Of a DNA stretch of 32,000 bases, positions 25,007 to 32,000 are shown in pieces; positions within the stretch are counted from its first letter, which is position 1; each line of letters begins with the position of its first letter. Both the position numbers and the translations under genes were made by a program. The stretch is from Synechococcus sp. A15-28 (GTDB taxonomy: Bacteria; Cyanobacteriota; Cyanobacteriia; PCC-6307; Cyanobiaceae), in NCBI RefSeq assembly GCF_014280175.1, contig NZ_CP047931.1:1260001-1292000 (forward strand). Reading direction: 5' to 3'. The notes under the pieces are model-generated. The model was not told the origin of the DNA, did no database searches, and worked only from the letters and a program-made list of their open reading frames with translations.

Positions 25007-25075
25007 CGTTGGAGTCAGAAGCGACATTCACGGAACGAACGAGCCGAGCAAAACAAATTCCAGCAGGCTTTCGAA

Positions 25076-25609
25076 ATGCGGTTGAACTTCATTCCCATTC
25101 ATGTGTTTCGAGAGACGCCGGCTGTCACTTTTTTTGATGCAGGTGTCTCAGGAAGCAATGGCACCGATGTTGTGGCGCACCACAGTGCAGCAACCTCACC
25201 CCCTGATATCGACGGCTCAGAGCAGTACTACATCCACAAACATCAGATCGACCACAATCTGGTTCTGACCGGTGAACGGGTGTTCACTCTCTTGAATCCA
25301 TCATGGGATCAGCCACACCACGTCATTCATCTTGTTCGCGCCATGGGGGCACTACAGATCCCCCTTGGAACGTATCACCGCTCCGTGTCCGAAGAGGACG
25401 GCAGCCTCGTGTTGAACCAATCCATACGGGATCCGGACTTCGACTACGCCACTGAATTCATCCCGGTCAAGCTCAGCGAGCATCGTGATCTGGTCGATGC
25501 AAAAAGCAATTCACCCTGGGTGTGGACCTGGCGCGATGGCCACATCTGTCGACATCACAGCATCAGCGGAGGGAACTGCGTTGCCGTCTGCGATGTCCAA
25601 GGCGCTTGA
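25076..25609 (+). CDS. Hypothetical protein (177 aa)
   Basis: MRLNFIPIHVFRETPAVTFFDAGVSGSNGTDVVAHHSAATSPPDIDGSEQYYIHKHQIDHNLVLTGERVFTLLNPSWDQPHHVIHLVRAMGALQIPLGTYHRSVSEEDGSLVLNQSIRD...: cupin-like flavour but unassigned. Confidence 0.7.
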   Translation: MRLNFIPIHVFRETPAVTFFDAGVSGSNGTDVVAHHSAATSPPDIDGSEQYYIHKHQIDHNLVLTGERVFTLLNPSWDQPHHVIHLVRAMGALQIPLGTYHRSVSEEDGSLVLNQSIRDPDFDYATEFIPVKLSEHRDLVDAKSNSPWVWTWRDGHICRHHSISGGNCVAVCDVQGA

Positions 25610-25960
25610 CCAATCGCTCACGGGTACCGGGGTGACGCTGCTGCTCAACCATCACCAGCCGCCAGCCCAGCCAGGAGATGTCCATCAGGATCGACAGGAC
25701 GATCAACAACGAAACCATCACGGATCAGAGGCAGAGACTGCTGGCCCAGAGCTCTTCGTCATTTCCAAGGTGATCACGCACGCATGTCGTGACGCATGAA
25801 CCGTCGTCAAGCGAGCAGTGCGTGATGCACTCCATGCAGGCTTCGACGGCATCCCAACGGCGACGCTCCTCAGAATCCAAGGATTTAAGAGATCACTGAC
25901 TGAGTTTTACGTCAGCAACTGCTGACTGTCTGCATTTCAGTGAAGAGGCATGAAGACCTC

Positions 25961-26158
25961 TTAGCGCTGGCCATCCTCATGCAGGCTGCATTCCAGCAAA
26001 GCGGCGTACAGCAACCGCTGCAGGGCCTGGAGATCCTGCTGCTCCCGCGGATCGGGACCACCAGGCCATCGCTCCAGGTAGTAAGCCACGGAACGGTGCA
26101 ACAGACGAATGGCGTCGGCATCCAGATCGAACTGAAGCCTTGGAGCTGGATCAGTCAT
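25961..26158 (-). CDS. Small hypothetical protein, family B copy 2
   Basis: MTDPAPRLQFDLDADAIRLLHRSVAYYLERWPGGPDPREQQDLQALQRLLYAALLECSLHEDGQR*. Confidence 0.65.
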   Translation of the reverse strand: MTDPAPRLQFDLDADAIRLLHRSVAYYLERWPGGPDPREQQDLQALQRLLYAALLECSLHEDGQR

Positions 26159-26308
26159 GGAGGAATTCTGACGCAGCCACACCTTGACGCAGCCACGGAA
26201 TCAGAGTAGTACATGCGTACCTATCGTCGAGATGAGTCCTTGGACAAGTCAACGGATCTGCACTGGGCCACCCTCAACACGGGAACGTTGCGCCCAAGCC
26301 GGTCGGCC

Positions 26309-26485
26309 ATGGTGTGCATCACCTGCCAACAATTCCGCCACGCCCTGAGTGAGGACGGAACCACGATTCCTGCCTGCACCCGGCACGAACGACTCTTACC
26401 CCAGGGCTCACATCTGAACCATCGCTGCCATCAGTGGATGCAACGTCTTGAACATGAGATTGGTTGGTGCCCAGAAGCTGCCTGA
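26309..26485 (+). CDS. Small Cys/His-rich protein (58 aa)
   Basis: MVCITCQQFRHALSEDGTTIPACTRHERLLPQGSHLNHRCHQWMQRLEHEIGWCPEAA*. The track ORF starts at 26213. Confidence 0.55.
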   Translation: MVCITCQQFRHALSEDGTTIPACTRHERLLPQGSHLNHRCHQWMQRLEHEIGWCPEAA

Positions 26486-26664
26486 CTCGAGCGCTGAAGA
26501 AACATCATCATCACTCTCCCAAGAAACGGTTTCTACATTTTCATCCGCTACTGACATCGGAAACAAAACCAAGTCTCGCCTGACGCCCTTGACCGATTTG
26601 TGACCGTGGTCATGTTGACCGTCGGAGTTGGCCGTACTCCTGGTCTGATTGGGGCAAGGCCCAA

Positions 26665-26693
26665 CAAAAAGCCCCAACCTTGCGGTGGAGGCT
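26665..26693 (-). terminator. Rho-independent terminator of psbA
   Basis: Minus strand GCCTCCACC-GCAA-GGTTGGGGC-TTTTT (one mismatch, one wobble), about 60 bp after the psbA stop. Confidence 0.75.
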
Positions 26694-26753
26694 TTCCGAT
26701 TCAGTTGATCTGAATCGCTTGTTCTATTCCCGAGGGAACAGGTTGATTCCAGA

Positions 26754-27830
26754 TCAACCGATGGCAGGAGCCTGCAGAGCCACAGGAGTGGACTCAACGG
26801 AAGCCAGGTCGAGGGGGAAGTTGTGAGCGTTACGCTCGTGCATCACTTCCATACCGAGGCCGGCACGGTTCACCATGTCAGCCCAGGTGTTCAGGACGCG
26901 GCCCTGACTATCCAGGATGGACTGGTTGAAGTTGAAGCCGTTCAGGTTGAAAGCCATGGTTGACACGCCCATGGACGTGAACCAGATGCCGACAACAGGC
27001 CAGGCGCCCAGGAAGAAGTGAAGGCTACGGCTGTTGTTGAAGGAGGCGTATTGGAAGATCAGGCGACCGAAGTAACCGTGGGCAGCCACGATGTTGTAGG
27101 TCTCTTCCTCTTGGCCGAACTTGTAGCCGTAGTTCTGGGACTCGGTCTCGGTGGTTTCACGCACCAGGGAGGAGGTCACCAGGGAGCCATGCATGGCGGA
27201 GAACAGGGAGCCACCGAACACACCTGCAACACCCAGCATGTGGAAGGGGTGCATCAGGATGTTGTGCTCAGCCTGGAACACCAGCATGAAGTTGAACGTG
27301 CCGGAGATGCCCAGGGGCATGCCATCGGAGAAGGAGCCCTGACCGAAGGGGTAGACCAGGAAAACAGCCATCGCAGCAGACAGCGGAGCGCTGTAGGCGA
27401 CGCAGATCCAGGGGCGCATGCCCAGGCGGTAGGAGAGTTCCCACTGACGGCCCATGTAGGCGGAAATGCCGATCAGGAAGTGGAAGCACACCAGCTGATA
27501 AGGGCCGCCGTTGTACAGCCACTCATCGAGAGAAGCGGCTTCCCAGATGGGATAGAAGTGCAGGCCGATGGCGTTGCTGGAAGGAACAACAGCACCGGAG
27601 ATGATGTTGTTGCCGTAGATCAGGGAGCCAGCGACAGGCTCGCGGATGCCGTCGATATCAACAGGGGGTGCTGCGATAAAGGCGATGGTGAAGCAGATGG
27701 TGGCCGCCAGAAGGCAGGGAATCATCAGCACACCGAACCAACCCACATAAATGCGGTTGTTCGTGTCTGTGACCCAGGAGCAGAACGCTTCCCAGTTGCT
27801 CTGGCGTCCGCTGCGAATAGCGGTGGACAT
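26754..27830 (-). CDS. psbA: Photosystem II D1 protein, D1:1-type
   Basis: Full-length D1 (358 aa), '[25 protein letters not shown]', '[21 protein letters not shown]', C-terminal extension after 'NFPLDLA'. Confidence 0.99.
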   Translation of the reverse strand: MSTAIRSGRQSNWEAFCSWVTDTNNRIYVGWFGVLMIPCLLAATICFTIAFIAAPPVDIDGIREPVAGSLIYGNNIISGAVVPSSNAIGLHFYPIWEAASLDEWLYNGGPYQLVCFHFLIGISAYMGRQWELSYRLGMRPWICVAYSAPLSAAMAVFLVYPFGQGSFSDGMPLGISGTFNFMLVFQAEHNILMHPFHMLGVAGVFGGSLFSAMHGSLVTSSLVRETTETESQNYGYKFGQEEETYNIVAAHGYFGRLIFQYASFNNSRSLHFFLGAWPVVGIWFTSMGVSTMAFNLNGFNFNQSILDSQGRVLNTWADMVNRAGLGMEVMHERNAHNFPLDLASVESTPVALQAPAIG

Positions 27831-27947
27831 AACAGAAAAGAAGACGGATAAACCTCACTCCAGACCAGGAGATCGGTCAATCAAGACTATGGAGAGGAGT
27901 GATGAATACCTGGTTTTTCAACATTCCGACTCAGGACTAAATACAAC

Positions 27948-27979
27948 TTTATGAAGTGCTTCATGAAGCGTTCATGAAG
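27948..27979. repeat. Three copies of TT(C/T)ATGAAG at 12- and 11-bp spacing
   Basis: TTTATGAAG at 27948, TTCATGAAG at 27960, TTCATGAAG at 27971; upstream of psbA. Confidence 0.7.
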
Positions 27980-29300
27980 TTGCTTGAAGCAACCAGCGGC
28001 GCGAATCCTGCAGGAACAGGTTCCAGTTGAGACGTTCCTCCTCCGCTGCTTTGGCCACCAGCAAGGGAGCCCGCTGCCGCAGCTCGGCGAGGTCAGGCTC
28101 GCTGACCCCTGCACTCAGAGCCAACCAATCGGCCATGGAGCGACCCACAACCCGAGTCAGGTAAGCGGCGCTCAAGGCCTGCATGGAGCCGGCCATCAAC
28201 CAGCTGCCTCCATCCAACTTCGCCAGTCCCAGCAGGGTCTGCCCCGTCCACTCGACGACCCCCTGGGCAAGGGCAACGCGGGCCAACTGGCCAGCCGCCT
28301 CCTGGAGCAGCTCCACCTTCGCCGTGGAGCCCCAGATTGTGGCCATCTCACGAATCATCAGTCCATTGGCCACCGCGACGGCCAGGAGATCAACGCTGGC
28401 CAGGGGCGAGGCGAACACCGAGCCGGCCACGATCCACTGTGTACGGCCCTGCAGTTGCTGAAACCGGGCCCAGCGCAACTGCTCCAGTTCGGCCTGCCAG
28501 GACTGATGCAGTCTCCGAAGCAGACGCTGGCGGGTTTCAGAGGTCAGCCCAGCCTTCTGAAGCTCGCTTCGAATCGGAACAAGGGCACTCCGCAGGTTGG
28601 CCTCTTCCTTGTCCAGAACCACCATGCGCTGCAGCCAGCGATCATCGAGCTGCAGCGTCAGCTCGCTCCGAATCGCGTTGGGAGATTGCCCCTGCCCCGA
28701 TCGCACCAGCAACCATGCCGGCTGCTCACAGGGCAGCTGCTGAAGCCAGAGGAGATCGGCCGCCATCAAGGGTGCCGACAAGCTGAACAGGATCAGGTCC
28801 TGATCCTCCAGACCTGTGGGCCAGACCCGTTCACCGGCATGGGACACCAGGGGATGAGCCAAGGACAGTTCCAGAGGCTTCGAACCGGCCAGGGCCCGCT
28901 GAAGAGACTCCAGCGAGGGACGACTCGCGGCGTCAACACACACCAACGCCAGCTTCAGCGGCCCATCTCTATCCAGGACCTGCTGCAACCTCAGGCGCCG
29001 CTGTTGCCCTCCCCCCGTGTTGTCACCTTCAAAAGCCTCAAACTGCTCCAGTACGGAACGACAGCGCTGAACCCATCCCTGAGCGGAGGTGGGCTCCTCG
29101 AAGCGGGGGGTCCTGGAGCGACGACCGATCCAGACAACCCCGGCACCCGCGGCCAGCAGACCCAGTCCTCCGCCGGGAACATGCAGGAGGTCGCTCACCA
29201 ACCACTGACCCAGCAGCAAGCCGCCACCGGCCAGGACAAGCGATCCTGCCAGGGCGAGGCGAGGCGGCCAGAGGGGAGCCAGCGACAGCGGAAGTTTCAA
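27972..29300 (-). CDS. DUF697-like membrane protein (YcjF-related)
   Basis: Two N-terminal TM segments, then 'WIVAGSVFASPLASVDLLAVAVANGLMIREMATIWG', 'LARVALAQGVVEWTG', 'GGSWLMAGSMQALSAAYLTRVVGRSMADWLALS'. Confidence 0.72.
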   Translation of the reverse strand: MKLPLSLAPLWPPRLALAGSLVLAGGGLLLGQWLVSDLLHVPGGGLGLLAAGAGVVWIGRRSRTPRFEEPTSAQGWVQRCRSVLEQFEAFEGDNTGGGQQRRLRLQQVLDRDGPLKLALVCVDAASRPSLESLQRALAGSKPLELSLAHPLVSHAGERVWPTGLEDQDLILFSLSAPLMAADLLWLQQLPCEQPAWLLVRSGQGQSPNAIRSELTLQLDDRWLQRMVVLDKEEANLRSALVPIRSELQKAGLTSETRQRLLRRLHQSWQAELEQLRWARFQQLQGRTQWIVAGSVFASPLASVDLLAVAVANGLMIREMATIWGSTAKVELLQEAAGQLARVALAQGVVEWTGQTLLGLAKLDGGSWLMAGSMQALSAAYLTRVVGRSMADWLALSAGVSEPDLAELRQRAPLLVAKAAEEERLNWNLFLQDSRRWLLQATS

Positions 29301-29413
29301 AGCAACGCCGGGACTTCGAGTGGTTGTCTTAGCCCAGAGAGCGCTCAGAAACCAGAAAGACCGGTCAGAGCGTTGACTTCTCCATACCGTATGAATGTTG
29401 CTGCAAACGATGG

Positions 29414-30352
29414 ATGGCCATCGCCCTGGAAAGCCAAGGAGGCGGCAGGTCCGGTGACCGGCGTTCCGATGTGCGGCGGGTGCTGATGGTGGCCCTCGGG
29501 CTGAACATCAGCATGTCGCTGTTGAAATTGCTTGTGGGTGTGCTCAGTGGCTCACTGGCGGTGATCGCTGATGCCATGCACAGCGCCACGGACGCACTCT
29601 CCAGCCTGACGGGGTTGATCACCAACAACCTCTCCGACCCACAACCGGATCGGGATCACCCCTACGGCCATCACAAATATGAGGCGATCGGGGCCCTGGG
29701 GATTGCCGGATTCATCCTGTTCACGGCGCTGGAAATCCTGCTGCGCTCCGGGGAACGGTTGTTGGAGGGACTCCCGCCGATCCGCGTCGGCGGGCAGGAG
29801 TTGATGCTGCTGGTGCTCGTGCTGGGCTTCAACCTCCTGCTGGCGGGCTATGAGCACCGGGAGGGCCGACGCCTGAAAAGCGCGTTGCTCAAGGCCGATG
29901 CCCAGCATGCCGCCAGCGACGTGTGGACCACCGTTGTGGTGTTGCTTGGCATGGCGGGCGCCCTGTGGCTGCAGGTCTCATGGCTGGACATCGCCCTGGC
30001 GATTCCGATGGCACTCCTCCTGATCCGGGTGTGCTGGCAGGTCCTGCGCCGCACCCTGCCCTGGCTGGTGGATCACATCGCCATCGCGCCCGAATCAATC
30101 CACCGGGAAGCCATGGCGGTGGCCGGGGTGATCAACTGTCACGACATCGCCAGTCGCGGGGTTCTGGGTCAGCAGGTGTTCATCGACATGCACATGGTGG
30201 TGGAAACCAACGACCTATCCACAGCCCATCGCATCACCGAACTGGTGGAGGAGCGACTCGATCGCGTCTTCGGACCGGTGCGCTGCACGATTCATCTGGA
30301 ACCCAAGGATTATGTGGAGGACGGGATCACCTACACAGGCACCCATGGTTGA
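29414..30352 (+). CDS. Cation diffusion facilitator (CDF) transporter
   Basis: 'SLAVIADAMHSATDALSSLTGLITNNLSDPQPDRDHPYGHHKYEAIGAL', 'DAQHAASDVWTTVVVLLG'. Confidence 0.93.
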   Translation: MAIALESQGGGRSGDRRSDVRRVLMVALGLNISMSLLKLLVGVLSGSLAVIADAMHSATDALSSLTGLITNNLSDPQPDRDHPYGHHKYEAIGALGIAGFILFTALEILLRSGERLLEGLPPIRVGGQELMLLVLVLGFNLLLAGYEHREGRRLKSALLKADAQHAASDVWTTVVVLLGMAGALWLQVSWLDIALAIPMALLLIRVCWQVLRRTLPWLVDHIAIAPESIHREAMAVAGVINCHDIASRGVLGQQVFIDMHMVVETNDLSTAHRITELVEERLDRVFGPVRCTIHLEPKDYVEDGITYTGTHG

Positions 30353-30863
30353 TCCGGACAATCCACTGGACGGGCTGACCGGTCGACAACGGCAGGCACT
30401 CCAGAACCTGCTTAGCGACGTGCGCAGCTCCCTGGCCTGGTCATGGCAGCTCCCTGTCCTGATCCGACAGCGCTGCTGGCTTCGTCTGGAAATGATTCCG
30501 TTGGGAGATCTGCACCGCTGGCTACCTCCCGACGGTCGCGAAGACGCACCGGAACTGGCGCGTTACCGCGAACTGGTGGCGCAGGGATGGTCACCACAGC
30601 AGGCTCAGGAGCAGTGCTGGCAGGAATTTGGCGACGATGCATGCCGCACTGCACTGCAACGGTTCTGGGCCAGTCAACAGGAGCGACAACACGACTGGAC
30701 CATGCAGCGCTATCTCGCGTTGATCAGTCGCTACAGGCAATCGATCGAATCAGGAATCACCACCATTCCGATGCTGGTGCTGCCCCGAGCTGGAGCAGCG
30801 ACAGATCATCAGCTGCACTGGGTTTCGGACAGCACACCGCCGATGCGGCACACTTGCGCCTGA
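30345..30863 (+). CDS. Hypothetical protein (172 aa), 8-bp overlap with CDF gene
   Basis: MVDPDNPLDGLTGRQRQALQNLLSDVRSSLAWSWQLPVLIRQRCWLRLEMIPLGDLHRWLPPDGRE... Confidence 0.72.
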   Translation: MVDPDNPLDGLTGRQRQALQNLLSDVRSSLAWSWQLPVLIRQRCWLRLEMIPLGDLHRWLPPDGREDAPELARYRELVAQGWSPQQAQEQCWQEFGDDACRTALQRFWASQQERQHDWTMQRYLALISRYRQSIESGITTIPMLVLPRAGAATDHQLHWVSDSTPPMRHTCA

Positions 30864-30879
30864 TTCCAGGCCATGGGCC

Positions 30880-31437
30880 ATGAGTGATTCCTACGGTGAA
30901 CCCCAACAGCAAGGGGCTCAAGGCGACGATGTCCGCGGCCAGGGTGGACGAGGCGGTGCCCGTGGTGGCCGTGGTGGTGGCAACCGCGAAGGCGGCGGCT
31001 TCCGCATCCGCCTCAGCGAAAACGAAATGCGTTCCGCCCGGGCACTTCAGGAGGCCTTCAACCTTCGCTCCACCGTCGCCGTCCTGGGCTTTGCCCTGCG
31101 AACCCTGGGGCAGATGCTTGAAGACGGTCAGCTGGATGAGTTGATCGAACAGCAGCGCAATCAGGCCCCCCGTGGCCGCCGCGACGGCGGTGGTCGCGAT
31201 GGTGGCGGTCGCGATGGTGGTGGACGAGGACGACGCTCGGATGATGATCGCCAGGCCGGTCGCGGTTCACGACCCGACCCCTTTGCACGTCCATCCAAGC
31301 CTCAGCCAGAGCCGGAGCCAACACCAGAGCCAGAGCCGGAATCCACCGCCGATGCTGCCCCCGCAGACCCCTCGGACGAAACTCCGATGGACCTTCCCAG
31401 CGAGGAGGAGTCCAAGGAAGCAGCCCCTGAGGCCTGA
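30880..31437 (+). CDS. Hypothetical protein with Gly/Arg-rich and Pro/Glu-rich low-complexity regions
   Basis: GRGGARGGRGGGNREGGG, ordered 'FRIRLSENEMRSARALQEAFNLRSTVAVLGFALRTLGQMLEDGQLDELIEQQ', then (RDGGG)n and PEPEPTPEPEPE. Confidence 0.75.
   Translation: MSDSYGEPQQQGAQGDDVRGQGGRGGARGGRGGGNREGGGFRIRLSENEMRSARALQEAFNLRSTVAVLGFALRTLGQMLEDGQLDELIEQQRNQAPRGRRDGGGRDGGGRDGGGRGRRSDDDRQAGRGSRPDPFARPSKPQPEPEPTPEPEPESTADAAPADPSDETPMDLPSEEESKEAAPEA

Positions 31438-32000
<563 letters not shown>

Noticed and set aside
25670-25740. 20-aa hydrophobic minus-strand peptide MVSLLIVLSILMDISWLGGW*
   Set aside because: Reminiscent of small hydrophobic type I toxins, but too short to support without an antisense RNA, promoter or conservation evidence.
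27018-27851. 277-aa plus-strand ORF over psbA
   Set aside because: Entirely antisense to an unambiguous psbA gene; high-GC and codon-bias artefact.
27984-29486. 500-aa plus-strand ORF
   Set aside because: Antisense to the DUF697-like gene; Gln/Pro/Arg-rich with no recognisable motif.

Overview
GC-rich, gene-dense window that reads as chromosomal sequence from a marine Synechococcus-like cyanobacterium. This is inferred from psbA, a high-light-inducible (Hli) protein, a CP12-like protein, rpsU, trpS and many short cyanobacterial-type hypotheticals. The left end holds an overlapping-codon operon: an ABC transporter of the nitrate/sulfonate/taurine type plus a Rieske non-heme oxygenase. It converges on a TIM-barrel sugar-phosphate isomerase/epimerase-like gene. 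Other recognisable genes encode a J-domain protein, SDR, Nif11-domain protein, GH57, DUF1499, DUF2130, cupin, DoxX, alpha/beta hydrolase, DUF3303-like, ureidoglycolate-lyase-like, TSUP exporter, DUF1993, DUF481-like beta-barrel, SnoaL-like, CDF transporter, DUF697-like and trpS. I found no rRNA, tRNA, IS element, CRISPR array or phage module. The most unusual content is a high density of sub-60-aa ORFs absent from the supplied ORF track. Several are membrane-type or arranged with overlapping stop/start codons. Two small-protein families each occur twice in the window. I also found several perfect inverted repeats in gaps and a helically spaced repeat upstream of psbA. I see no convincing new defence or mobile system. 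The best candidates for undescribed biology are the oxygenase/transporter operon and the small-protein families. Start codons are chosen by eye, and family names come from motif recall, not database search.
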